Source of the DNA: a virus
DNA: 64,000 nt
Direction: 5' to 3' (one strand)
Virus record (IMG/VR): IMGVR_UViG_3300023109_000007
Location: 73,747-137,746 of that record
Shown: positions 1-9,744 of the stretch, in pieces
Layout: every line of letters begins with the position of its first letter
Position numbering within the stretch: the first letter of the stretch is position 1
Made by a program: the position numbers and the translations under genes
The notes under the pieces: generated by a model
The model's database searches: none
What the model was told of the DNA's origin: nothing
What the model saw: only the letters and a program-made list of their open reading frames with translations

Positions 1-206
1 GTAACATCAGGCAACCCTGGAACATCTGGTATTTGAAGTTTTCCTCTTGGGTCAAATGAGTCTGGTGTTAAATTTGCTATTTCAGTTGCCTTAGCAGCAA
101 TTTTTCGTGTTGTTGCTTCTAATCTTGCTTTTTGAGTTTCGATAATAGTGCCAACAGGACCTGCGGCTATATAATCTCCTTTTTTTAAGAAATTGTTAAT
201 TGCCAT
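1..206 (-). CDS. Hypothetical protein, N-terminal part only (runs off the window edge), baseplate region
   Basis: ATG at 206-204 overlaps the TAA of the 1047-aa gene; frame is open to position 1 (MAINNFLKKGDYIAAGPVGTIIETQKARLE...). Not in the ORF track. Confidence 0.7.
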   Translation of the reverse strand, partial: MAINNFLKKGDYIAAGPVGTIIETQKARLEATTRKIAAKATEIANLTPDSFDPRGKLQIPDVPGLPDV

Positions 207-3200
207 TATTGCGCTCCGCCTGTTCTAGCTTGAGGTGTTTCGGTAGCAGGTAGAGACGTTGCACCACCAGAAGGAATTACTCCTCTGCGTAGACCTTGAA
301 GTGATCCACCTTCGTTTGATGCAGCTGAGAAATGCATAGCATCTTTGCTTTTTCCTGTCCAGGCTCCGCCCCAACCCATTCCGTATTTGTTTGCTAATGC
401 AACCATTTCACTACCTGTGCCGCCTGCTGGCATGTCTGTTATATAGTTTGGACCAAATGGGTTTTCACGAGGGTTAATATCAATAGCAATGCCGCCGGAG
501 TGCCAACTCAGTGTTGACGTGTCGCCAATATATCTATAATTATAGCCGCCAATGCTGTATATTTCATACCCGTAGACATTTTCTAATTCGTCAATCATTG
601 CTTGAAACTGCGGTGCTAGTGATGCTGCTACTTGTGTTGATTTGCCTTTCTTACTAGTTGTAATAGTTGCAAGTTGTCCCCCGCTTCCAGCTGGACTACC
701 GGCTGGTGCTGTACTGTTTGTCGCACCTGGCCCAGTTCCGCCGCTTGTTGTTGGAGAATTTGCATTTGTTAGTGTACGGTTTTGTTGGTTGCCTACTGGG
801 CCGCCTGGTCCTGCGTATTGTCCCGCTGCCATTCTATCAGCTGCACGAGGATCCATATTATTTGTAGCACCTTCTGTTATTGCTTCAGACTGACCTGTTG
901 CTTCATCATTTTGGCCGCGACGTCTAATCATTTTTAAATTAGTCTTGAATTGACCTTTACTGAATGTATTTGTAACTTCATTTACTTGGAATAGTCCACT
1001 AAACGGCTTTACTATAGTGCTAAATTGCATCAGTCCGCCTTCGGCATAATCTGTAGGAGTTCTAAAGTTTACAACAATTAATACTTCTTCGTTTTGGTAG
1101 TCCATGCCGCCATCAGCATTTGTATTACGCTTTACTCCACTTGCTGGTGCATTGTAATTTCCCATTCCGCTTGTTGGAATATAGAAAGGATCTCCCCAAA
1201 TTTCCATTTCAGCTTGTACCATATCAGTATCACCATTAATTAATGTGTTATGAAATGCTTCAGCAATTGCACGTTTTGTACCCGATGATGCAGTTGTAGC
1301 TATTCCGTTTGGTACAGGTGATTTGCCATCGCTGTTTCTAACAGGAGCTTTTGGTTCTGCTAAGCCGCCACCGCCGGCTGGACCAATGCCAGGAGGTGCT
1401 ACAACCGTTCCAGGAGGTGGTGTATTTGCAACAACTTCACTTCCGGCGCCTGATCTAATTGGTAAATTAAACTGTCCTAAATCTGCATACAAGTTTTGAT
1501 AGAACGCTCCTTTAAATTCAATTGCAAAATCTAATACATCTTCATTTTTTCCTGTGTAGAAATAGTTGTATTCTTTTACTGCGTTTGCCTTTAATTCTTC
1601 TGTACTAGAAGGTGTTCTACCAGGTCCCATAAATTTAGCCTCGTCTGCTAAAAAAGGAACAACACTATATACATACACTTTTGCTTTAGTACCGTTTGTT
1701 AATTCGCTTGCTATATTTTCAGTATCAAAAACCATTGTTTCAACTTTGAACCATGTTTTAAACCCATTTTCAGCAGGAGTTTCTGCAAGTGATTTTCCGT
1801 ATTCACTACTAATAATAACATCTTCTATAATACCAACAATATTTGTACCTTGTACATACTGCCCTGTTCTTTCAAGATCTTGTTGTGCTACTGCTTGTCG
1901 ATTCATATATCTTATTGGCCCGTCATCATACATTGCATCAACATGACTTCCCATTGGTCTAGTGCCACCTTCATTTGTATCATTAGTTAGAATAGCCCTA
2001 CCAATTTCATTTACGTGAGTTTCTGAAAAATTCTTTAATGTTTCATAAACATTAGCCCCACCCGCGGCTTCTACTGCACTTGTAGCACCTTGCTTGTCAT
2101 CAGGAAACATAATAATATATCTATCTTCTTGAGGAGAAACATTAGCATCTTCACGTGTTTCATTTCTAGCGTTTAGTACATTTGTTAAACTGCGTTCGCC
2201 TCTTTGTAAATATTCATCAACAGCATTACCACTAATTGATACATCTGTTGGTACTTGTGCAATTTCATCAACAAGTGCTTGTTCATTGTAAGGAATTGCT
2301 TCAACTGAATATCTACTACCTTGTCCGTCAACTTGAAATTCAACATTAGTTAGTTTTATCGGAACGTATTTTGTTGTAACGTTTTGTTCTTGTTTATTTG
2401 GCATTGGAGCACTATTTTCATCAAACCCCAAAAACTGTATTCTCAATATATACGGTGCTTCGATATAATTTGCATGATTTGCTTGTACTGCTGCTACCTG
2501 CATAGCTTCTAAAAACTGTCCCATACTATATGGTTCTAGTACTGTAAATGCAATATTTGTACCCATTGCAACACCAGTTTTAGAATTTGGAGCAATAAGT
2601 GCATCCATTTCTAAGTCTTCTAAATAATACTCTCCGGTAGTATTGTAGTTTACTTCGCCAAATGTAGTAACTCTTTCCGTAAGTGCGCCGCCGCCGGTTT
2701 GGCAAATTACATTAGATAACCCACGAGACCTAAATCCACTTTCGGGTGTGTTTACTTCAGCACTGGTTATACAAGCTAATGTAATTCTGTAATTATATGC
2801 AGCGTATGATCTTAAAGGATTTTTTAATCTACCATTAGCATCAGTTGCTATAGCTGTGTTAGATCTATCAGTTCTACCACCTGAGCCTATTGATGCTAGT
2901 CCAAAAAACGCTCCTCCTAAGTCGCCGCTGAATAGACTTGTTGCTGAATTTAAGAGGCCACCTATTGATCCGCCTGCTACTTTTGCTATAGCACTGTTAA
3001 TAACATTTTCACCAATGCCGCCAGCTAATCCGCCAGGCAATACTTTGATAGCATTACTCATTGATTCAAAATCTTTGACTAGAGGTATCTTTCCAAGAAG
3101 GCCCATTTCAAAATCTTGCATACCGGCTCGCTGAATACTTTCTAACTTTCTAGTAAAATTATCTGTTATGCCTTGTACGTTTCCTGGTAGTCCTGATATA

Positions 3201-3349
3201 CCAGATATTGCGCCGCGTAAATCTTTGTTAAATCCGCCAAAATTGACTTTAGATAGTTGATTTTGTGCCGCCGTTAAATTTTTATTAAAGTTTCCAAGGG
3301 AGCCGGCTGCTCCTGAAATATTTGAAGATATGAAACTGCCAAAACCCAT
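206..3349 (-). CDS. Baseplate hub-like protein with C-terminal M15-family (VanY-like/L-Ala-D-Glu) peptidoglycan peptidase domain
   Basis: Hub-like features (AEMEIWGDPF, FSGLFQVNEVTNTFSKGQFKTNLKMIR); C-terminal GGYNYR...SWHSGGIAIDINP...WGGAW...DAMHF Zn-peptidase motifs; baseplate gene context. Confidence 0.7.
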   Translation of the reverse strand: MGFGSFISSNISGAAGSLGNFNKNLTAAQNQLSKVNFGGFNKDLRGAISGISGLPGNVQGITDNFTRKLESIQRAGMQDFEMGLLGKIPLVKDFESMSNAIKVLPGGLAGGIGENVINSAIAKVAGGSIGGLLNSATSLFSGDLGGAFFGLASIGSGGRTDRSNTAIATDANGRLKNPLRSYAAYNYRITLACITSAEVNTPESGFRSRGLSNVICQTGGGALTERVTTFGEVNYNTTGEYYLEDLEMDALIAPNSKTGVAMGTNIAFTVLEPYSMGQFLEAMQVAAVQANHANYIEAPYILRIQFLGFDENSAPMPNKQEQNVTTKYVPIKLTNVEFQVDGQGSRYSVEAIPYNEQALVDEIAQVPTDVSISGNAVDEYLQRGERSLTNVLNARNETREDANVSPQEDRYIIMFPDDKQGATSAVEAAGGANVYETLKNFSETHVNEIGRAILTNDTNEGGTRPMGSHVDAMYDDGPIRYMNRQAVAQQDLERTGQYVQGTNIVGIIEDVIISSEYGKSLAETPAENGFKTWFKVETMVFDTENIASELTNGTKAKVYVYSVVPFLADEAKFMGPGRTPSSTEELKANAVKEYNYFYTGKNEDVLDFAIEFKGAFYQNLYADLGQFNLPIRSGAGSEVVANTPPPGTVVAPPGIGPAGGGGLAEPKAPVRNSDGKSPVPNGIATTASSGTKRAIAEAFHNTLINGDTDMVQAEMEIWGDPFYIPTSGMGNYNAPASGVKRNTNADGGMDYQNEEVLIVVNFRTPTDYAEGGLMQFSTIVKPFSGLFQVNEVTNTFSKGQFKTNLKMIRRRGQNDEATGQSEAITEGATNNMDPRAADRMAAGQYAGPGGPVGNQQNRTLTNANSPTTSGGTGPGATNSTAPAGSPAGSGGQLATITTSKKGKSTQVAASLAPQFQAMIDELENVYGYEIYSIGGYNYRYIGDTSTLSWHSGGIAIDINPRENPFGPNYITDMPAGGTGSEMVALANKYGMGWGGAWTGKSKDAMHFSAASNEGGSLQGLRRGVIPSGGATSLPATETPQARTGGAQ

Positions 3350-3350
3350 A

Positions 3351-3641
3351 TTAAGCTCCTATCAATGTTTTCATATTAGTTTCTTTAGGCAACCGTATTT
3401 GTGTTCCTGCAGAAAAATCGTATATTGGATCTTTTATTATGTCCATATTACGCTGTGCAAATATCCACCATAGATCCTTTGTACCGTATAAATCATATGC
3501 TAATAGATCTGGCCGATTATGATAATTAGGTGTAATTTCAAATATTACGTCATCATCTTCAGCTGGGATTGGTATAATCTTTAATATATCTAAGTAACCT
3601 GATCTTGTTATACCTGTTTTTGCATAGGGGTTCATACTCAT
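3351..3641 (-). CDS. Baseplate wedge protein, T4 gp53-like (LysM-like)
   Basis: RPDLLAYDLYG...LWWIFAQRN...G..I.LP motif typical of gp53/tail protein X-type proteins. Confidence 0.7.
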   Translation of the reverse strand: MSMNPYAKTGITRSGYLDILKIIPIPAEDDDVIFEITPNYHNRPDLLAYDLYGTKDLWWIFAQRNMDIIKDPIYDFSAGTQIRLPKETNMKTLIGA

Positions 3642-4624
3642 TAGATAAATCCTTCTGTGCCACTGGCCGCATAATCGCCGTTCGCAAACTTCTGTAGATT
3701 AAATGTAGATTGTGTTGTTCTACTGTACTGTGGTAATAGTGTTACTGTAATTGTAGATTGTACAGGAACATAGTTATCTTGGTTTTCTAAATTAACTTTT
3801 ATATAATCTACTTCTGCAGGTAAATCGGTTGTAAAGTTACTTACAACTACAGGTATGTTATTAAGAACATGTCTGCCATATCCGTTTAGTCTAGCAACCA
3901 AAGGTGGATTACCACTGTATGCTCCGTCGCCATAGAACATTTTAGTCATTGTTCTAAGATAATGTAACACAGCAATCCAGTATACGGCATCAGCTGACGA
4001 TTCGCTATAAAATTCACCTGTAATTGTTATTGCATCTACTTGACTGTTTTCATATGCATTATAAGGATAGTTTACATGAGTTGGATGTATTTGACTATAA
4101 CTTGCTGTATTACCAAATAATATTGTAGGTGTAAACGGAAAAACTAGTTTGCCGCCACTGTTTTTAAATGGGTTAAATAAAGCACTGTCAGTAATAGCTT
4201 GAGGTATAGATAAACTAACTCTCCAATCATTTGATTCAGGATCAATTCCGCCAGCTGACACACTTTGACTTATTAGTTGAGCCTGTGCCGAATTAGCAGA
4301 AATTGGGTTAGCGCCAGGTGGAGGACCGCCTGCTGCTCCCATTCTGCTTCTAGTTCCAAAACCCCGTGTAAAGGTACCTTTGAGAGCGTTAAAGTCAGCT
4401 GTTGCACCTTTGGCAAGATTAAGTAAATCTGATCCTTGAGATACTAAGCCTTTTAAGCCACCAATTGACGGTTTACTAGCAAAGTTTCCGATAGCACCTT
4501 GTAAGCCACTAACTCCGCCAAAAGCTGCGGTAGCATTTGATTTTAGATTATTAAATGTACTCTGAGCGTTCTTTACAGAGCTTGCCATTGATGATAATTG
4601 ATTAAATCCGCTAAAAAGTCCCAT
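3641..4624 (-). CDS. Baseplate/tail-tube initiator-like protein (gp48/gp54-like)
   Basis: FPFTPTI, ITITGEF, PPLVARLNGYG, NNIPVVVSNFT resemble tube-fold initiators; lies upstream of the gp53-like and hub genes. Confidence 0.55.
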   Translation of the reverse strand: MGLFSGFNQLSSMASSVKNAQSTFNNLKSNATAAFGGVSGLQGAIGNFASKPSIGGLKGLVSQGSDLLNLAKGATADFNALKGTFTRGFGTRSRMGAAGGPPPGANPISANSAQAQLISQSVSAGGIDPESNDWRVSLSIPQAITDSALFNPFKNSGGKLVFPFTPTILFGNTASYSQIHPTHVNYPYNAYENSQVDAITITGEFYSESSADAVYWIAVLHYLRTMTKMFYGDGAYSGNPPLVARLNGYGRHVLNNIPVVVSNFTTDLPAEVDYIKVNLENQDNYVPVQSTITVTLLPQYSRTTQSTFNLQKFANGDYAASGTEGFI

Positions 4625-4652
4625 ATTTCTTTATCTCCTACATAGTATTTAG

Positions 4653-4681
4653 TTGACAAATTTAACTACGTATATTATAAT
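4653..4681 (+). promoter_or_regulatory. Sigma70 consensus promoter for gp55
   Basis: TTGACA (4653-4658), 17-bp spacer, TATAAT (4676-4681). A divergent late-promoter-like CTAAATA lies on the minus strand at 4646-4652. Confidence 0.85.
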
Positions 4682-4710
4682 AGTATATATACTATAAGCC
4701 TGGAGCAAAA

Positions 4711-5538
4711 ATGAGAAAAAAGAACTACCTTAATAATAAGGACATTTTAAAAGAAATACACAAATCTAAGAATACATATAACAGTTACGTAGAAGAAGAT
4801 TACGGACAGTTTGATATTATTTTATTAGATGTTGACAAAGTTAATATTAGAACTATTGCAGAAGCAAAACGCAACAAAGCAAAACGTCTAAGCACAGCTG
4901 ACTACGAAGCACGTAAGATGGCCGGACAAAAAGTTAAACAAGCAGAGTGCGAAGTTGATTATAGAAAAATTACAAAAGAAGAACTAATTTTTCGTGTCAT
5001 GACATTTGATCATATTCCAGAAGAACCCGGAAGAAAAAAGAATCCGAAGACTATAGCAGACACAAAAACTAAATTAAACTTTCCTCCATTTAAACATTAT
5101 AAGTTTACAGATGACGGCGAATTAGTATGTGTAGGAAAAAGTCATTGGGAAGGTGGAATGGAAAACGGTTGCTTTAGTAAATCACATGGTAAGGCAACAA
5201 ACAATCTAGCTATGATGTGGATGAAACTTTGTGATAGATACGCAACAAGAGGCAATGTACGTGGTTACACTTACAATGACGAAATGCGTGGTCAAGCAAT
5301 CTTGCAGTTAGCACAGATTGGCTTACAGTTTGACGAGTCAAAATCACAAAATCCGTTTGCTTACTATACTGCGGCTGTAACTAATAGTTTTGTACGTGTT
5401 ATTAATATTGAAAAACGCAATCAAAATATTAGAGACGATATTCTTGAAATGAATGACTTGAATCCAAGTTATACAAGACAACATGCAGGCGAATGGGAAG
5501 CTTCCCTAAAAAGACAAAAAGAACTTTCAAAAAAGTAG
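4711..5538 (+). CDS. gp55: Late-transcription sigma factor, T4 gp55-like
   Basis: N-terminal YLNNKDIL; C-terminal NVRGYTYNDEM...FDESKSQNPFAYYT...FVRVINIEK; immediately upstream of gp47/gp46. Confidence 0.85.
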   Translation: MRKKNYLNNKDILKEIHKSKNTYNSYVEEDYGQFDIILLDVDKVNIRTIAEAKRNKAKRLSTADYEARKMAGQKVKQAECEVDYRKITKEELIFRVMTFDHIPEEPGRKKNPKTIADTKTKLNFPPFKHYKFTDDGELVCVGKSHWEGGMENGCFSKSHGKATNNLAMMWMKLCDRYATRGNVRGYTYNDEMRGQAILQLAQIGLQFDESKSQNPFAYYTAAVTNSFVRVINIEKRNQNIRDDILEMNDLNPSYTRQHAGEWEASLKRQKELSKK

Positions 5539-5567
5539 TTGACAAGTGTACATTTTTGTTATATAAT
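5539..5567 (+). promoter_or_regulatory. Sigma70 consensus promoter for gp47-gp46
   Basis: TTGACA (5539-5544), 17-bp spacer, TATAAT (5562-5567). Confidence 0.85.
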
Positions 5568-5597
5568 ATAACAAGTAGATAACCCGGAGACTATATT

Positions 5598-6605
5598 TTG
5601 TTTAAGAAAGCAGCAGTTTTTACTGACATACACTTTGGCCTTAAAAGTAATAGCCGAACGCATAACTCAGACTGTGAAGAATTCATTGATTGGTTTATTG
5701 TTAATGCAAAAGAAAAAGGTTGCGAAACCTGCATTTTTTGCGGCGATTGGCATCACAACAGAAATTCACTTAATCTTACTACTATGGATGCAACAATTCG
5801 TAGTATGGAAAAGTTAGGCAAAGCATTTGATAAAGTTTTGATGTTTGTAGGAAATCATGATTTATATTACAAAGACAAACGTGATGTAAGTTCTACTGAG
5901 TTTGCTAGGCATATACCTGGTATTACAGTAGTTGACAAGATACTAGTCGAAGATGACGTTGCTCTTGTTCCATGGTTAGTTGGTGATGAATGGAAAAAAG
6001 TAGGAAAAATTAAAGCCAAGTATTTGTTTGGTCATTTTGAACTACCTAGCTTCTATATGAATGCCATGGTGCAGATGCCTGATCACGGAGACTTAAAGGC
6101 TGAACATTTTGTTAATCAAGAATATGTGTTTTCAGGACACTTTCACAAACGTCAAAAGCAGGGTAAAGTACATTACTTAGGTAATGCATTTCCGCACAAC
6201 TATGCAGATGCATGGGACGATGATCGCGGAATGATGGTACTAGAACACGGGGGCGAACCCGAGTACATTAACTGGGAAGCCTGTCCAAAATACAGAACAA
6301 TAAAACTTTCTAAACTAATTGATGACACTGACAAACTTATTAAAGATAAGATGTATTTGCGTGTTACACTAGACTTACCAATTAGTTATGAAGAAGCTAA
6401 CTTTATTAAAGAAACTTATATTAGCAATTACGGTGTTCGTGAACTAACACTTATACCGCAAAAGCAGATGGAAGAAATTAGTACAGATTTAGATATTGCA
6501 CAATTTGAAAGTGTTGATCAAATTGTAGCAAGTGAAATAGCAGAACTAGATACTGCCAACTACAATAAGAACACTCTCTTACAAATATATAATGGTTTAG
6601 AATGA
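5598..6605 (+). CDS. gp47: Recombination endonuclease subunit, Mre11/SbcD-like (T4 gp47)
   Basis: Metallophosphoesterase motifs DIHFG, GD, GNHD, GHF, SGHFH; TTG start with upstream GGAG. Confidence 0.92.
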   Translation: MFKKAAVFTDIHFGLKSNSRTHNSDCEEFIDWFIVNAKEKGCETCIFCGDWHHNRNSLNLTTMDATIRSMEKLGKAFDKVLMFVGNHDLYYKDKRDVSSTEFARHIPGITVVDKILVEDDVALVPWLVGDEWKKVGKIKAKYLFGHFELPSFYMNAMVQMPDHGDLKAEHFVNQEYVFSGHFHKRQKQGKVHYLGNAFPHNYADAWDDDRGMMVLEHGGEPEYINWEACPKYRTIKLSKLIDDTDKLIKDKMYLRVTLDLPISYEEANFIKETYISNYGVRELTLIPQKQMEEISTDLDIAQFESVDQIVASEIAELDTANYNKNTLLQIYNGLE

Positions 6606-8374
6606 TACGAATTAAAGATTTAACAGTTAAAAACTTCATGAGTGTGGGCAATCAAACCCAGGCTGTAGATTTTAATCGAGAACAATTAACACTAGTACTT
6701 GGTGAAAATTTAGACCAAGGTGGTGATGATACTGGATCAAGAAACGGTACAGGCAAAACTACAATAATTAATGCACTAAGTTATGCATTATATGGTACTG
6801 CCTTAACTAATATTAAACGAAATAATCTTATAAACAAGACTAATTCTAAAGGTATGTTAGTTACACTTCATTTTGAAAAGAATGGTGTTGATTATAGAAT
6901 TGAACGAGGTAGATCACCTAACATTCTAAAGTTCTACATTAACGAACAAGAACAAGAAATGATTGACGAGTCGCAAGGTGATAGCCGAAAAACACAAGAG
7001 TCAATCCACGAATTGCTAGGTATGAGTCATGATATGTTTAAGCACATTGTTGCACTAAACACATACTCTGAGCCGTTCTTATCTATGAGAGCTAATGACC
7101 AACGTGCAATCATCGAACAGTTACTTGGTATTACTATACTAACTGAAAAAGCAGATAGACTTAAAGAAAGTGTTAAACAAACTAAAGATAGTATTACAAC
7201 TGAAACTTTAAAGATAGAAGCTATACAAACAGCTAACAGTAAGATTGAAGGGACAATTTCTAGTTTACAAAGAACACAGCGGGCGTGGCTTTCTAAGAAA
7301 TCACAAGACGTTGAAAAACTAACCTTAGGAATTGACGAATTAGAACATGTAAACATTGACATTGAACTAGAATCGCATGAAAAACTATCAAATTGGACTG
7401 ATCATAACAATGCTATTTTGGCTCTTAAAAAAGAACTTAGTACTTTGGAACCGGCACTACAACGTGCTGATAAGAGTGTAACAAAACTTGTTAAAGATGT
7501 CGCAGATTTAGAAGATGCTACGTGTTATACATGTGGACAAGAGCTACATGCAGACAAAAAAGCAGAAATTGCAGAACGTAAAGAAAAAGAATTAGATGAT
7601 GCAAAAGCATATGCACTAGAAATTACTACTAAAGTAAAAGACGTTATGCTTGCTTTGGATAAAATAGGTGACATTAATGGTAAGCCTACTACATTCTATG
7701 AAACTGCTAAAGAAGCATATGAGCATAGACAAAATGTTGATAGTTTAAGGACTGCACTTGTTTCAAAACAAAATGAAACTGATCCTTATCAAACGCAGAT
7801 TGACGAATTAAACAACAGTGCTATACAAGAAATCAATTGGGACGAAATTAACGTATTAACAGATTATAAAGAACATCAAGAATTTTTGTTAAAGTTACTA
7901 ACAAACAAAGATAGCTTTATTCGTAAGAAAATTATTGATCAAAATTTAGCATACTTAAATAATCGGTTGTCTTATTATTTAGACAAACTAGGATTGCCTC
8001 ATCAGGTTGTGTTTTTAAATGATTTAAATGTTGAAATTACACAATTAGGACAAGATTTAGACTTTGATAATTTATCAAGAGGAGAGCGTAATAGACTTAT
8101 ACTCGGCTTGTCGTTTGCATTTAGAGATGTTTGGGAGAGTTTATATCAAGGCGTAAACTTGTTGTTTATTGACGAACTTATTGACAGTGGTATGGATGCT
8201 GCCGGTGTTGAAAATTCATTAAGCATCTTAAAGAAAATGGGTAGAGAACGTGAAAAGAACATTTATCTTATTTCGCACAAAGACGAACTAATTGGTCGTG
8301 TTAATCATGTTCTAAAAGTTATCAAAGAAAATGGATTTACAAATTATGAAAATGATATTGAAGTTGTAGAATAA
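6602..8374 (+). CDS. gp46: Recombination ATPase, Rad50/SbcC-like (T4 gp46)
   Basis: KNFMSVG, Walker A NGTGKTT, zinc hook CYTCGQ, signature LSRGE, Walker B LLFIDE, ISH. Confidence 0.95.
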   Translation: MIRIKDLTVKNFMSVGNQTQAVDFNREQLTLVLGENLDQGGDDTGSRNGTGKTTIINALSYALYGTALTNIKRNNLINKTNSKGMLVTLHFEKNGVDYRIERGRSPNILKFYINEQEQEMIDESQGDSRKTQESIHELLGMSHDMFKHIVALNTYSEPFLSMRANDQRAIIEQLLGITILTEKADRLKESVKQTKDSITTETLKIEAIQTANSKIEGTISSLQRTQRAWLSKKSQDVEKLTLGIDELEHVNIDIELESHEKLSNWTDHNNAILALKKELSTLEPALQRADKSVTKLVKDVADLEDATCYTCGQELHADKKAEIAERKEKELDDAKAYALEITTKVKDVMLALDKIGDINGKPTTFYETAKEAYEHRQNVDSLRTALVSKQNETDPYQTQIDELNNSAIQEINWDEINVLTDYKEHQEFLLKLLTNKDSFIRKKIIDQNLAYLNNRLSYYLDKLGLPHQVVFLNDLNVEITQLGQDLDFDNLSRGERNRLILGLSFAFRDVWESLYQGVNLLFIDELIDSGMDAAGVENSLSILKKMGREREKNIYLISHKDELIGRVNHVLKVIKENGFTNYENDIEVVE

Positions 8375-8565
8375 TGGATGATACACAAGATAAATTAGCT
8401 CAAGCATATTTAGAATACTTTCGAGCAAACGAGCTGTTTGAAACACGGAATAGTGTACGTACACACAGGTATGTAAGAAAATGTTTAAGAGATATTAGAT
8501 CACTTGCAAAAGACAGAATGGAAGAAATACACGTAAAGTATTTGGATAAGAAAAATAATGTTTAA
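8374..8565 (+). CDS. Small hypothetical protein
   Basis: Translationally coupled to gp46 (TAATG) and overlaps the next gene's start. Confidence 0.65.
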   Translation: MDDTQDKLAQAYLEYFRANELFETRNSVRTHRYVRKCLRDIRSLAKDRMEEIHVKYLDKKNNV

Positions 8566-9277
8566 TATTTGGAAAAAGAAAGAAAAATTACACATAGATT
8601 GCTTTACTAATTTTGGTGGTATTACTAAACTTTTTCCAATAGAATCTAGTTCTGCTTTCATGCCTGAATGGTTTAAAAAGTTGCCTACAACAGCACAAAC
8701 TGATACTGGCGGTAATGTAGGAACTGTAAAATTATGTCCTGGAATAACTGATACATTAAAGGCCGGTATTGTTATTCCTGTTTGGTGTGATATGTTTGTA
8801 GATCATGCAAACGGAGTTGTTAAAACTGAGCCAGAAGAAATGGCAGACGGACATCCAAGTTGGCAATGGGGGAATCATTCATTGTTTAAAGGTTATCATC
8901 ATTTAAAGATTTCATCACCTTGGCGATTTAGAGAAAAAACAGGTGCAAAATTTATGATGACTAATTCTTTTTGGAATGATCCTCAAACTAATTATTTTGT
9001 TCCAAATGGTATTTTAGATTTCAAATATCAAACTACAACTAATATTAATATTTGGATACCGAAAAATAAATTTGGAGGTAGCGGAAAATTTTTACTCGAA
9101 GCAGGAAATCCGCTAGTACAAATAATTCCATTAGAGGATAAAGAAATTGTAATTCATATGCAAGAAGTTGGTGATGATGTATTTTACGGAGACGAATTAG
9201 ATTATATCTTTACACAAAAAGGCATGTATTATAAGAGAAAAAACATTTTGTCCAAACGAGAAGGCAAAAAGACTTAG
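8558..9277 (+). CDS. Hypothetical protein, paralogue of the three proteins at 58042-60079
   Basis: Shares PEWFKKL, TVKLCPG, HLKISSPWRFREKTG, GILDFKYQTTTNIN, AGNPL with 58042..58737. Confidence 0.8.
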   Translation: MFNIWKKKEKLHIDCFTNFGGITKLFPIESSSAFMPEWFKKLPTTAQTDTGGNVGTVKLCPGITDTLKAGIVIPVWCDMFVDHANGVVKTEPEEMADGHPSWQWGNHSLFKGYHHLKISSPWRFREKTGAKFMMTNSFWNDPQTNYFVPNGILDFKYQTTTNINIWIPKNKFGGSGKFLLEAGNPLVQIIPLEDKEIVIHMQEVGDDVFYGDELDYIFTQKGMYYKRKNILSKREGKKT

Positions 9278-9294
9278 GCACACATATATACTGG

Positions 9295-9744
9295 ATGCAG
9301 TGGACATTTGAAGGTAAAATAATAGACGAAATACCAGAAGAGTACGAAGGCTTTGTTTATCTTATTACAAATATCACTACAGGACAAAAATACATAGGCA
9401 AGAAACTAGCAAAATTTAAAACTACTAAGCCACCGCTTAAAGGCAGAAAAAATAAACGACGAGGCTATAAAGAAAGCGACTGGAGAACATACTACGGTAG
9501 TTCAGACAGACTAAACGCAGACGTAGCATCAATAGGCTCAGATAAGTTTACAAGAGAAATATTATACCTATGTAAAGGTAGGGGCGAAATGTCCTACATA
9601 GAGGCAAGAGAACAGTTTGATAGGCGAGTACTTGAAACTGATGATTACTATAACGGTATCATCAATGTTAGAGTAGGCGGTTCAGACAAACTCAAACAGG
9701 CATTGCTAGAACAAAACATCAAGGCAAAACAATCTAACACATAA
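9295..9744 (+). CDS. GIY-YIG nuclease (stand-alone catalytic domain, endonuclease II/Seg-like)
   Basis: GFVYLITNITTGQKYIGKK motif, YYGSS, conserved E (YIEAREQ) and YYN. Confidence 0.85.
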   Translation: MQWTFEGKIIDEIPEEYEGFVYLITNITTGQKYIGKKLAKFKTTKPPLKGRKNKRRGYKESDWRTYYGSSDRLNADVASIGSDKFTREILYLCKGRGEMSYIEAREQFDRRVLETDDYYNGIINVRVGGSDKLKQALLEQNIKAKQSNT

